DNA of 64,000 bases, from assembly GCA_025786725.1 (NCBI GenBank), contig JAHLTZ010000012.1, positions 310,001-374,000 of the forward strand, in the 5' to 3' direction. The DNA is from Syncephalis fuscata S228. Taxonomy: Eukaryota; Fungi; Zoopagomycota. The position numbers and the translations under genes were made by a program. Under the pieces are notes generated by a model, which did not search any database, was not told the origin of the DNA, and worked only from the letters and a program-made list of their open reading frames with translations. How positions within the stretch are numbered: position 1 is the stretch's first letter; each line of letters opens with the position of its first letter. Of this stretch, positions 11,761 to 27,190 are shown one piece after another.

Positions 11761-11819
11761 TTTCTTGATGTCTTTTTCTTCTTTTTTTCCTTTGAAAAAA
11801 TATAAATGGAAAGAGTTTT

Positions 11820-11838
11820 TAGGTTGCACTGTATATTA
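11820..11838 (+). repeat. Right target-site duplication of the LINE
   Basis: Matches 4773-4791 exactly. Confidence 0.95.
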
Positions 11839-12735
11839 ATTGATTATACACTAATTATATGATATGTACTGTGTGTATCAACAACTTAACATTAATAGGA
11901 TGCAAGTGAACCCGCAAGGCAATTATTTAGGCGCTAATCAATTGTTCTGCACTGTTTTTTAGCAATAATTTAATATTAATAGGCAGTAAGTAACATCATT
12001 CGTATTAGTCGCCTGTGCATTAATTGCACTTTGCCCACCTTGTGTATCGACAACTCTAGATTAATAGTAAGTGGTTTTTTATGTTACTCGAATATAAACC
12101 AATGACATACTATGTAATGTGTGTATTAATAATCTAATACTAATACGCAGTATGTAATATTGCATATTAATTGCCTACGCATTAACTGCACGACATAAAC
12201 TGTACGCATTTAACAATATTAATAGCTGGCAAGTAGGATTACGTAATGCTAATTCATTCACTAATGATATGGCATGTTCTATTCGCTTCTAACAATTAAA
12301 CATTAACCAAGTAAATATGTTGATATTGTATTTTTAAACAATTTTATTTTATTACTTATAAAACGATTACTCATTTTTAACAAAATTAAACGATATGGTT
12401 TAATGAATAGTTATGTGAAGACTTGCGCTTATCCAGTACAAGCTAAACACCTAGCTTTGATTCAAAATGTAATTATTTATGATGGTTATACAGTTAAAGT
12501 AATTATAAACTATTTATGGTAGATAGTTATGTTTACCCTGATCCTTGATTAGGCTGACCAATTCAGTCGATTAGCCGTTTCCTGGCTACTCGCTCCTTGA
12601 TATAACATGCACACGCATCTTTCTTTCACTCAGTTTCGTTTTTTGTGGATGCATTCGTGCCACATAACTCCTATACACAACCATAAGCATCTGTCTTGTT
12701 GTTGTTTGAGATCAAGTCGGCAATAATAGTAATAA

Positions 12736-14628
12736 ATGTCGGAGCATATTCAAGAGCAGGGCCATGACAATATGGAATTGGACAACTTGCTATCGTCCGA
12801 CGGCGGTGGTGAGGGCAATCATATAGAAATGACCGGCCTTTCTACCGGCGAAAACGGCCGGCCACGACGCCGTAGCAGTGTACGATCCTCGCCACGGTCT
12901 TCGTTTAGCTTTGACTTTGAATCGCCCTACCAGATTCCGTTGGCGCCAACGTCGCTTCGTCCCAAAGCGCTTACTCGATTCCCCGTCACACTTAATCTAA
13001 TGCACGGGCTTGGTTTAATCGTGGGCGTAATTATCGGCAGCGGGATCTTTGCCGCACCTGGTCTCGTATTACAACGGGCTGGGTCGGTAGCGGGTGCAGC
13101 GATTGTATGGACACTGTGCGGTTTTATTGCAATGTTAGGTGCAGCTTGTTACGCGGAGCTTGGATGTGCACTGCCTACATCGGGTGGGGAGGCCGTCTAT
13201 CTAGAACGTGCATTTGGTGAGCTGGCCGGATTTCTATACGAGTGGACTGCATTGGTTATTATGAAGGTGAGAGAAAATGCATTTATTTATCATTGCATTA
13301 TAGTAAGTGATTGATACTAATGAGTGAGTAGCCGGGCGGTAATGCAATCATTTTAGTCGTATTTGCCGATTATTTCTGTCGGGCAGTTATAGGAACAACA
13401 CCGGCCGATTGGGTAGAGAAAACGGTATCCGTGGCATTATTAGTGCTAGTAACAGCCATCCACTGTTGGAGTACGAAAGCTGGAGCGGCCGCCCAGTCAT
13501 TTCTTACTTTATTGAAACTGCTTGTCGTAGCTGGTGTTGGCGTGACCGGTCTGTGTGCTCTTATATTTCAAGATACCATTGTAAAGCAATCAGGCAATTT
13601 TAGCGATGTTTGGAAAGGCACATCAACCGATCCTGCCGACTGGGCCATTGCATTTTACACCGGCCTTTTTGCATACGATGGATGGTAGGTGGCAATAACT
13701 GCAAGTGATTATAGCTGCCATATTAATATAACGATAACAATAGGAATAATCTTAATTATGTGACTGGAGAACTTCATAATCCAGGACGCGATCTTCCTAT
13801 ATCAATTGGCCTTGGATTGCCGGTTGTTATGGTGTGCTATTTATTAGCAAATCTGGCCTATTGTGTTGCTTTAACTAAAGAGCAGATTGTCGCTTCAGAT
13901 ACCGTAGCTATGGTAAATAGTTGATTATAATGAATTATACAATACTGACTATTAGATTAGGACTTTGCTGTTCGGTTATTCGGCCATGTTGGTGGTCTGG
14001 TACTGGCAGCCTGTGTGGCCATGAGTACATTAGGCTCGATTAATGGCTCATTATTTACAAATGCTCGCGTTATTCATCGGGCTGCCACCCGTAAACATCT
14101 TCCAGTAATGTTTTCTCATTTACACCCCCATAGAAAAACACCCATTGCCGCATTATTACTTCAAGTAGCCATCACACTTATATGTGTCGTTGTAGGTAAC
14201 TTTGAATGGCTGGTGCGTATTTGCGGTGTAGTGGCCTTCATATTCTACGGTGGATGTGCAGCTGCTGTACTCATGCTTCGTCGTAATGAGCCTGAACTTG
14301 AACGGCCAGTACGCGCGCCGTTATTCGTCGTATGGATCTTTCTACTCTGTGCAATAGCGCTGGAAGTGATTACCATTTGGCGACAGCCCATAGAAGCACT
14401 TATTGGACTTGCTACACTATGTAGCGGCTTATTCGTATGGATAGTTGCGCTACGACGACAACAATTTATACAAAGTAAGTATTGGCACAATGAATACTAA
14501 TAGCATAACTAACTAATTGAACAATAGCTATACAACGAGCAGGTCGATTTATTGGACTAGGTAATTGGTCAATTGGACGAACTACATTCGGTTCTGGCTA
14601 TGCACGACAAACAGACGAGACATCGTAG
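12736..14628 (+). CDS. LAT-family (APC/SLC7-like) amino-acid permease, 5 exons
   Basis: GVIIGSGIFAAPG, CYAELG..P.SGGE..YL.RAFG, FAYDGWNNLNYVTGE..NP.R.LP, LRRNEPELERP; GT-AG introns; stop TAG 14626-14628. Confidence 0.92.
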
Positions 14629-14738
14629 TTGTTATTAAATAGTTAAAGCTATTTATTTGTTTTACTTGATCTACAATTTTTTATGTATGCACGCTGAAAA
14701 TAAATGAAATATAATAGAAGATGGAAAATAAGCAATTA

Positions 14739-16029
14739 TTAAAAGCGATATAAATGCTGTAACTGTTGAATGATGCCAGCCACTGTTCGATTGCACTGTT
14801 CATCGATAAGTAATTCATAGCAAATAATACGAATTTGTTCGGGTAGTAGCAGTCCTTTTAAAGAGTTGGCAGACTTTTTGCTGTTGAGCCGCGTCTTTTT
14901 TTGTAAAGAATCGGCTATTTGTCGATCCAATTCATCTCGACCACGCATATCGAGTACGTGGCGTAGACTTTTAAGTCTGACTAGTAGCTCTTGAAGAAAT
15001 TCGGATCGCTGAGGCTGTGACGCTACAGCACAAATAGTCATTAAAATTCCTTCAGCCGCCACTAATTTTGGCAACTCTAAATCGGATTGACCAACATTAA
15101 GTAAAGTGAAATCCGAGAGTAGCGGATGTTCAAAAAAACTGTTAAGCAGAGCGTGTAGTTCAACTTCTTCTAGTCGGCCATCGGCTGCTTCTTGGCACAT
15201 TAGATGGGCTGTATTCATTAGAATGGGTAAATGTTTAGCGACATCAGAGAATTCACGGAACCGCGGTAATCGATGGTCTTCTCGTGTGCAGAGTCGAGCA
15301 GCCAGTCGACACAAATGACCAGCTAGTAGGTGAGATTGCGTACTACGGCGCATACCACTAACAACAAGGTCGACCAGCCTTTCGAATGGTTCACGGAACG
15401 TCACAATACCTTGGTCACCGAAACGAACAAGTAGTGGTCGATACGATGAACTAGGATTTTCACAAGTATTCATAAGTTGAGTGAGTAATAGGTAGTTACG
15501 TTCACGGGTGTTTAAACAAAATAATTCTATGCAATTACTGCGTACTTGTGGTGTTTCCAAAGCTACTAGCAATATTTTTAGCTGTTCGTCATCGGTAAAT
15601 CTTAGCCAAGCCGGTGCATCTGTTGTGGTAAGCAGTGAGAGCGATGATGTTGAAGAGGATGCCGACGCCGATGATGGTGGTGACGACGAGTAGGCTGAAT
15701 GGGCACCACTTCTATAAGTACTAGAATCGTTTTTATTGCGTATTGTCCATAGGGTGCATTGCTGGATGTGGCACACAAATACTTTGTGAAAAATTACGAT
15801 TCATTTGTGGTGATGGCATAAGAATCTGACTCTGTGTACGTCTTATTGATACTGGATTAGTCGATACAGTAGTCTCTTCAACCGTTAGTTCATCCACCAC
15901 TAGTAAGGTAGCTGGTTCCGTTGTCGGTTCCATTACCGTTACCGCTGTTGTTGTCGTCGTAGATGGAGAAGCAAAACGCATAGGCGTCTGCGGTAGATTT
16001 GGCAACGACGTCTTGCTAGTTAATTGCAT
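14739..16029 (-). CDS. Hypothetical protein (S/T-rich N-terminus, helical C-terminus); two ORFs joined by a frameshift or an intron near 15.75 kb
   Basis: Long coding-like ORFs 15733-16062 and 14739-15776 overlap in different frames; no recognised motif. Confidence 0.6.
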
Positions 16030-16946
16030 GCTATGGTTATACGTAGAATTTAATGTGGACACGACAAGAATAAACGAGCAAAAACTTAATATCTAAGCAA
16101 AGAAAATATCAATGAATCAATGGTTGCTAACGAAAGAAAAACACGGCTGTCTGTGGTTGCTCTCCCTTACTGTCTGTCTGTCTGTCTATATCTGACTAGC
16201 TGTATATTTGAATGTATATCGCTCTGTGTCTCCACTTTTTCAAAAATAATACGCTCCTTATAACCGTTACCTTTCAATGTACATTCCCCTGATAGTCATC
16301 TGTTTCCCCTTAATATAATCAACAGCCATTGGATATTGGCCAGGAACAGGATCAAGGAGAGCGTATTCGCCTTGACCATGACCATCAATTCTATATGGTA
16401 AGCTTTCCATTCGTTCATTCATTTAGTCATTCCGGTCTCTTCAAACTTGCTACCATGCATGTCGGTCATCTTGTTGTTTGATCCATCTAAACGCCGATCC
16501 CTGCAACCCGTGTAAAGCAATGCAATAGCACTGATTATAATGGCAAATATACTGTTAATAATTATCTAATACTGATTTATTAAACTGGTTCATTTAAACA
16601 CAATAACAGTCATGGTGCTATTAACTTGCTCTATTATTGTTATTAATAACTAATCAATTAACTATTGATTATAATGTGTAGTACAGAATGATGCTTTAGA
16701 GTTTATTAAACAGGCAGTCCAACTAATTGCAGCCAATAAGCAACTGAACATCTTGATGTTTGATTGGCTATTAATGATCATTTTCAGAATGGATTGCAAA
16801 CACACACACATATTTCTGCTTTAGCCTGTCTGTATTCACTTCTCTACTCTTTGGTGCTGTCTTGCACATTGTGAAAATAGTTTGTATTTTTGTCGATTGT
16901 GGTTTATAATGTCAAGTTCTACTAAAGGTATTGTAGCAAGTGTGAG

Positions 16947-18781
<1,835 letters not shown>

Positions 18782-18997
18782 GAATAGCCAGCGATTTAGC
18801 TAGTAGTTAATATAGCTGGCCACTTTAGTTTATCGCAATATTTACAGTGTATGATGAAGATGTAATAAACTTTATGCAATAATATGCATTGATTTACATA
18901 GACGCTGCCGTATAACGGAACATACATGAGTGGGTACAAATTGTGAAGTGGTAGCTAAAATAAAATTGGATAACCATAATAGTATATTGAATAGTAG

Positions 18998-21081
18998 TTA
19001 GACATGATCGATATGTTTAGCTGTATTGGTGTTAAATGGTATTGAATGCTGATCAGTTGCTACTGTTACCGATGTATTCGTTGGATCAGTGCAAGGCTCA
19101 ATGTCATTATTCGGTGGGGGTGGTTCTACCGGATACGGTGTATTTTCTGGTGTTTGTGTAGTTGTTTCTGAGCTAGTATCTTCAATAAATGACTGTGCAG
19201 TAATGGTGGATACTGAAGAGGGTAGTAAATCATCATCGAAGTGATATCCAGAACTCTCCCAGGTGGTACTACGTGAGGACCAATTACGGCTTCGTGGCTC
19301 CAATGATTCTAATGAGTTATCGTCTGCATAGTAGATATATTTCTTTGGGGGCATAGAGGCATATTTCATTGATCCCGTACCTAATGGCGATACAATGACG
19401 GATGGTAAACGATGGGCTACTGCCTTTACATCAATTTCTTGCACCTTTGCTATAATTCACAATAGCGTTAATATCAATATAAGTGCAAAATGTGTAAATT
19501 GTAATAGCTACCTTGAGGAATTGTATCATTATTGATTATAATGGTATTTGGTTGATGTTGTTGTGATTGGTGGTTGTAATTTTGCTGTTTCTGTTGTGAC
19601 TGTTGTTGCGATAATGATTGATGGTGATGGTGATTATGATACATTGACTGAATACCCGAATCAATAGTAAAATCATAATCTGCATCAACTGCGTAAACTC
19701 CCGAATAAGTGTATAGATCAGATGTACTACTTAATCGGCTTATCGATGCTGGAGGTGGAAATCGATAAAGATTCGATGACTCTAACTCGCAAGCTGTAAA
19801 TGGATCCTGAGAAGCCATTAGTTTTTGGTAGGGCGGCATACTAATAAACGCGTTATTTTTTCTACTTAATAGTGTTGTTATATTATTCACAGTAGTGCGT
19901 TGTGACAGTGACGCTACTGACGCTGGTGAGGAGGAGGAGGAGGAGGATTCGAGTCCTGGCTGTTCAGTAACTGTATCTAGTCGTGTATCTTGATAATCAC
20001 CTATGGGTGGGTGAACGGTGTAGCCACCACCAGTGGAAGAGAATTTTTGTTGATTGCCGAGTCGATTAAATGGTTTATTGTTATGTGTTGATGCGGCACG
20101 AGCTACACCACCTGAAGATTGAAAAGCAGCTGCTGTCTGTTGTGACTGCGATGGATGTGGTGGTGGTGAGGATGATGATCCTGATGGTAACGCAGATGGT
20201 GGCGGTGGCGGTGGCGGCCGTGTTGGATAGTGGCAGTGTTCAAAATTACTTGTATTGCTTAATTGTTGATGATTAGAAATGTTCTATAAAGCACATCAGC
20301 ATTATTAAATTGTTTAAATAACGAATACTTTGTTACTTACACTATGAAATCCAGATCTTGATGATATAGATTTACGTTGACATTCAATTTTACCCGATGA
20401 GTAATATTCATCACTACTGCGTGCTATTGTTTGATTGTTAATAGCGACGGTGCTATTTGTACTAGCTACACCCCATAGATCGGCGTTGAAGCGTTCCTCT
20501 ACCTTCTTGCGTCGGTGGCGACGATAAGTGATGATAGCACCAATTACTAGCATGGCAAATACCAACCCACCAATAATAGCGCCACTTACAGCGCCGCTGG
20601 ATATATTGGATGTACCATTACTGCTGCTGTTACTATCGGCAGCAGCCGCAATAGCGGTATGTGTATCGTCGTGACTGGATCTATCGCCATATGACGCACT
20701 GGGTCGAGGATGTCGAGTAAATGAGCCGGCACTACGTGTCACATGCATGGTTTTCTCGGCCATAGGCATATGTGCCATGGAGGTCATGGTGGCCGGTGTG
20801 GTCATAGTTGAATGGGCAGTTGGTGTGGTAGATGGTGGCACCGACGAAGATGATGACCATCGACGAGCGTGTCGTTTAGGTTGAATGTACTGGGCGGCAG
20901 AAAGTAAATCAGCTATATTTATACCTTTAACCATCAGCGGTGACGGTATCGCCGCATGCTGTTGTTGTCGTGGCGGTGGTGGTTGTAAATTGGTTCTAGT
21001 TTGAGCCATAACCACGAATAGCGCATCAATTAGCCAAAGTTGTAATAAAGATAATATAAATAGAAATATACGACATATCAT
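18998..21081 (-). CDS. Single-pass type I membrane protein (Mid2/SKG6-like TM region)
   Basis: Hydrophobic N-terminus, S/T-rich ectodomain, ISSGAVSGAIIGGLVFAMLVIGAIITY-RRHRRKK transmembrane/stop-transfer segment, low-complexity tail; about 3 exons. Confidence 0.7.
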
Positions 21082-22123
21082 TGGTAAAGTCGTTTACAAT
21101 ATATGTATATATATTGAACACAGATTGTATATCTAACTATGTTTGCAACAACAACAACAACAACAACAACGGTATAATAATATAATATAATACGCTAATG
21201 ATGTTTATAATGATCGCTTTGTCTACTTTGTTGTATACGCGTGGCTAGTGTTAATGCAGCGAAAATAAAAACAGTAATAGCAGTGGCAGAATAAGATAGT
21301 GTTTTAGTTCCACTAGTTCTATACTAGTCCATAAAAGACGTTGGAAATTAAAGTGCCGGACGTAATGCTGGTCAATTCAACAAGGAATAGGGATAGTCGC
21401 GGTAGCATCCCTTCAATAAACCATACAGGTGTACACGTCATGAGTACTATTAGATTACGCCGATGAATGTTAACACGTCCAAAAAGGAGATAGCATCATT
21501 TCAAATACTGCTTTATTAAGGGGAAGCGATAAGCGATTATTTAGCCGATCCAGTAAGCTGGATAAAAGAAAAGGGACCTTGTTACGACCCTTATTATTAA
21601 TATTTGCTAATAAACGCTCCCTTGAAGTACGGCATAGGCCGTGCATAGGTGTAAATAAACATAAGATATAAGATATAAGGCTTGTGTGACAATAAATAAA
21701 CACGTAGTTTGAATGATTCATAACAATTAAAAACATTTAGTAATCATTACAAAGTTAACAAAGTTAATTAGTTAGCTAATAATTATATAATACACCTTAT
21801 ACACCCAATAAATATCAACCCAGCCCCCATTTAAACAAATATGAAATATGAAATATGAAATAAACAAATGCAGGAGCACATAGACTCAGGAGCACATTGG
21901 GTCTTAGGAATTCGTGCCCCTAAAATGCAAGGAAAGCATTATGAATAGCCGTGCCAATGCAACATTAAACATTAAACATTAAGCAATAACACACGTGTAA
22001 TAACATCAGTAATTGAAACTCTGCTATTAGTATTATTATAGATGCACGGAACAATCAGGTAAACGTGGGTAAAATTAGCTGATAATAATGCTTATCAACT
22101 AAGCACACAAATGGCACCGATAT

Positions 22124-23430
22124 TTACTTGCGATTGCGGCGGCTGCGGCGAACTGGCTTTGAGTTATCGTCATCGTCGTCGCCCTCTTCATCGTCGCTAT
22201 CGTTCTCCGACTTGAGTACCTTGGTCTCGCTGTCCTTGGCCGACGATGATTTACCGTCTTCTGAATCCTTCTTCTTGTCATCAGCAGGTGGATCGGAAGT
22301 ATAGGCAAATAGCTGTGTCATCTCTCCACGCATCGCCGCAACAATAACGGCAGAAAGTGAGCATGCAGGAGATAGATAGAGTAGTGCCGGTTGTGCTGCC
22401 TTAAACGTATGCATAACTGTAAAGGTGGTGGTCAAACCAAGTACATACGCAATAAGTGCACCAGTAAAATAAGGCTTAGCAAAAGCAAATGGCTTATCGT
22501 GAGTGGGTGGTGTAGAGCTAAGACGAGCCAAATGCTGGTCATAACGTAGACACAAAGCAACGAATATACCCGGGATAACAATGTCACCAAGACCAAGCAT
22601 GGTCAATTGCAATTTCTCTCCAGCTGCAACAAACAATGTCTTGGGGAATACAACCTTAATGGGTGCATCGAAATTCTTAGCCACTGACACCATAACTTCT
22701 GTGCCAAATACCCAGAAGATGTCATAGAAAAATAGACCACCAAGAAGAATCATACCCGTCTTGAATGAATCCAATGCAATCAATTGCACAGCAGAAAGTG
22801 CAAATGCAACACCGAAAATATTGGATAGGATCCAATTCTTGGTGTATGCATAATAGACTGTGGCCACTAGCGATATTACCGCCGATACAATGTGTAGACG
22901 TGTAAAACGGACATCAAAGAATTCTACATAATAGCAATTAGCTTCATTTATTCCCACCATATCTATCGCGATTAATTACCTTTACCAGCCTTGTTCAAAC
23001 GTAAATGGAAGTTACGCTCTTTCAAACCAGTAACATTTTTGATAACCAATGCACCAGTTTTTGTAAGAGCGGCAACACCAATAATAGCAAAATAACCAGT
23101 TACCAAGTAGTTAACATACTCTCTATTCAAAAAACGGAATACCAAGTACAGTGAGAAGAGTACAACGGAACCAATCAATGGAAACATGTAGGCATCTTCG
23201 GTAGATAGCGATTCGGTCTCTTCTTCGGCTTCATCATCTGATGAATCGTCTGCATCAGCTCCATTTTTATCTTCCACGGGTTTCTATTAATACAGAATAA
23301 ATGCACCGTACTATATCGTTAAATGCCGGCCTACCTTTATCTTTTTTAATGAAAAATAAGAGCCGTAGTAAATGGGAATAGCGGCCATGGTAGAAAGGGC
23401 CAAATAGGCCGTTAACAAACCGGCATCCAT
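22124..23430 (-). CDS. HM13: Signal peptide peptidase (A22B, HM13/Ypf1-like)
   Basis: YDIFWVFGT, LGLGDIVIPG, QPALLYLSP; start MDAGLLTAY at 23430; two introns. Confidence 0.93.
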
Positions 23431-23708
23431 AGTTAAGCAAAGGTGTAGTTATATACGATGCTTTAGATGACAAACGATGAGCTGGCTGGAAGATAGAAGA
23501 AGAAAGAGTGGAGTAATAGCGTGGCAGGTTGGATGGGAGCATATACTTAAGCTTCTACACCGGCGTGTGCGTGAGTTTGGACGTTAGCGGCCATTGAAGT
23601 TGATCTCACGCTGTGTGTCGCTTGATGATTGGCTGACGTTATCCAATCATGTATGGCTCTATGACAGCCATTGAAGAATTATGGTGATTTCATATTTGTT
23701 TACTTACG

Positions 23709-25945
23709 ATGGACACGCTTCTAGTACCGCGTTCGGTAGTATTGTCAAGTAAAGGCGTAGATCTCGGTGTTGGACCACGACATGGACCACGGATCAAGAA
23801 GGCGAATATAGCGTCGACAGTACAGAGCGATGGATTCAAGCGGAAACGATCGCCATCCATAGAACCAACTGTATCCAAACGCACTCGAAATACGAGCCAT
23901 TTACCTTTTAATAACACTAATGATTCTAATGACAAATCCCTTGACTCTATAACAGATCAAATAAGCAGCAATATTAGTAGTGGTAGCAACACTGCCGGTC
24001 ATGATCTTACTATTGATCACGATCAACAGTTTACAGCGTTGGCTTTAAATACCAACGCTGACGCTGAACTGGATACCGATGACGATGAGCCTATCAAGGA
24101 ATTTGCTTACTATCAACGACCAGCATTACCTGATGAACCTGTATGCGTGATATGTGGTCGATATGGCGAATATGTTAACGATGCTACAGATCGTGATGTG
24201 TGCAGGTAAGTACATGGGTATTTGGCAGACATACATTAAACTATATAGTCTTGAATGCAAGGCAAAGGATATTGAATCAATTAAAACAGCTCCATCGATG
24301 GATATTATTGCTGAAATACCGCCTAATGTTATAGCACCACCTATCTATCGGCCTATTGAACGATTCCATGCGCATTTAGTTGCATATCAAACACATGCTT
24401 CTATGGCCCAGTTCTCGGCAGAAGAAATAGATGCATTACGCGTATCTAGACAGATTAAGGCGCGGGGACGGCATATACCGCCTATTCTAGCGGATTTAGA
24501 CCATTTAGTTCTTCCAGAACAGTTAAAAACGAACCTTAAAGAAGCAGGCTACGATGCACCAACACCTATTCAAATGCAAGTTATTCCAGCTGCATTGGCT
24601 GCACGAGATATTGTAGCAGCAGCGCCTACCGGTAGTGGGAAGACATTGTCATTTCTATTACCATGTATTATGCATGCTTACGCGCTTAATAATGCATTTC
24701 ATGGCGAAGGACGACCTTATGTGTTTGTTATTGCACCGACACACGATTTATGTGCACAATTAGAAGTAAAAGCACAGGCACTTTGCCACCAATTGCCAGA
24801 TATGCGCACAGCATTGCTTACAGGTGAATATCCAATTCCACCTCAATGGCATCGACTTCGTTGTGGTGTAGCACTTGTATTTGCCACACCTGGTCGATTA
24901 GATAGAATACTCGATGAATGGCCGTCTAGTATGGCACGTCCACGTGCAGATGTTATTGTACTGATGAGGTCGATCGATTACTCGATACTAACGATAAAGA
25001 AATGCAAATTAAGCAATTACTTGATCGATTAACAACAACAGATATGCCATTATTCGATGGCAGCGGTCATCCACACCAACTGATGGTATTTTCAGCCACA
25101 CGGGCCTGGCGCACACGTCGCATTCTTAAACCGTGGCTACATGATCCAATTCGCGTTGGTATTGGTGAATTGGATATGATTACACCTGATGTACGCCAAA
25201 CCTTTTTATGGGTTGAAAATGCATCTAAAAGAAGCGACTATTTTTACTATTAAGCGATCCATTACGTTATCCATTGCCGGCTATTGTGTTTGTTGAGTCG
25301 CGTTTAGGTGCAGAACTACTTGCTAAAGCAATTATTAAACGATGTCCAGGTGTACGGGCCCGTCATGTACACGGTGATATGCCGGCTACGGAACGTGAAT
25401 CGATTATCCAGGCTACCCGCAAAGAAGCATCGTCTATTGATGTTATTGTTGCAACAAGTGGATTATGGGCACGCGGCATTGATATTCCACAAGTGCGTTT
25501 AGTTATTAATTTTGATATGCCACGCCATCTCGACGAGTATATTCATCAAGTGGGCCGTGCAGGACGTGCAGGGGAAATAGGTAGAGCTGTAACGTTTATC
25601 AATGATGTAAGTAATAGTATAGCATTACTAACTATAATAATAAAGTGCTAATACTTGTAAATATAGGATAATAAATCATTGTTTCGTGAGTTATTAGAAA
25701 TGCTACGTAGTCTACCATCATCCAAGATTGATACGCTACCAATTGAGTTACGACGTTATGCATCACATCGACATCCATTGGCATCAACCATTCTAGACAA
25801 TCCAAACTCGCGTATTAATCAACCAAAATCGGCGTTTAAGTTTATTCAACCGCCTTCACCGTCGACTGGTGTTAAATTAAAGAAGATAATACGAAAAAAG
25901 TGTAAATCAAAGAAATTACCATTTGTAAAACGGTCCAAAACTTAA
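23709..25945 (+). CDS. DDX59: DEAD-box helicase with N-terminal zf-HIT (DDX59); apparent 1-nt frameshifts at ~24962 and ~25230
   Basis: [44 protein letters not shown] (restored by adding 1 nt), [12 protein letters not shown]. Confidence 0.88.
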
Positions 25946-26012
25946 TTATAATTAAATCAAAATAAATATACGTAATTACTTTTAAATCAATATTTTTATT
26001 TATAAGAATAAA

Positions 26013-27190
26013 CTATCGTCGTGGTCTTGATTTAACCACTAAAGGATTTTTACGATGTCGTGTCGTACCGCCCTTCGCAATTGTCCCCATGGCGATGTTG
26101 GCTGTCGGCCACCCTTACTTTTACCACGACCGCCACCATTAGGATGGTCTACCTTGTTCATAGCTGTACCACGCACTGTGGGACGCCATCCTTTCCACCG
26201 GCGAACACCGGCCTTACCATCTATACGGTGCTGATGATTAGCATTACTTGTCGTGCCAATAGTTGCACATGCATCAACAGGAATGCGGCGCACTTCACCC
26301 GAGGATAGTTTAAGCTGTGCGTAGCCTCGAGTACCTGTTTGTAGCACTTGAGCATAAGTGCCAGCTGCACGAGCCAATTGAGCTGGTCCACCTTTACGTA
26401 GACCAACACAATGAACAAGTGTACCAACTGGTACCATACTGAGTGGCATACAGTTGCCTGGTGCAATGCTAAGCGCTGGCGTCATGCCTGTATTTACCTC
26501 CGTGCTATTATCCGTAGCGGCAGTGGTGGTTGGCGCAGTTGCTTTTCTCATATAAGAAATCAACCGATCGCCTGGTACTACTTTATCAGGTGCAACGATA
26601 TAGGTAAGTTCTTCTGTGGCTTCGCATTTTAATAAAGCAATATGCGCGGTACGGCCTGGATCGTATTCGAGGCGAATGACTTCGTGAATGCCTGGTGTAT
26701 GGCGACGCCAATCAAGCAAGCGAATACGGCGTCGATGACCGCCACCCCGATGCCGTACAGTAATGCGACCCGTGTTGTTACGACCACCTTTATTACGCTT
26801 AGCCACAGTCAGTTCACGTATGGGCCGGCCTTTCCACAAGTGATCACGAAGTGGTAATCGACGAAATCGAATACCAGGCGTGCGCGGTTTAAACGTTTTA
26901 AATTGTCCGTCAATACGAACTAGTGGTGTTTTAGGCCGTGAAGCAATCGCTTTGGCTGAAGCGTGACGTACTTGCTGCCATAGCGGTGACAGCGACGAAG
27001 AAGGCAATGACAACGACGACGAAGAAGGTAATAATACACCGTTGCTTTTTATACGTTCGTCGCGTGTGATCTGAAAATGTGCTACATTCGAGGCTGTATA
27101 TGAACGCAATAATATGCCAGTGGGGAGGTTTGCCACTGGCTTATTGCCGCGTACCGACCGCGCCAACGCGGTACGCAGCACAGATAGCAT
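26013..27190 (-). CDS. RML2: Mitochondrial ribosomal protein uL2m; apparent 1-nt frameshift near 26077
   Basis: R/S-rich presequence, GGRNNTGRITVRHRGGGH, EYDPGRTAHIAL, RPTVRGTAMNKVDHPNGGG; adding 1 nt restores PWGQLAKGG..RPRR*. Confidence 0.93.

Larger units (their letters stand above)
4792..11819 (-). mobile_element. Full-length, intact non-LTR retrotransposon (ORF1 gag-knuckle; ORF2 APE-RT-RNase H-CCHC)
   Basis: Two uninterrupted ORFs, 19-bp TSD, 3' (TAAAAA)n-type tail at ~4792-4807, no introns and higher GC than the host. Confidence 0.95.
4633..12316 (+). pseudogene. Decayed 3-nt micro-exon array (same family as 27.9-28.8 kb), interrupted by the LINE
   Basis: ctattag|TTA|gtaggt (4769-4771), ttaatag|GAT|gcaagt (11899-11901), ttaatag|GCA|gtaagt (11983-11985), collapsed unit at 12067, taatac|GCA|gtatgt (12147-12149), aatag|CTG|gcaagt (12226-12228); ~76-82 nt spacing; removing the LINE and one TSD restores an 80-nt intron; no intact signal-peptide exon found upstream. 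Confidence 0.65.
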
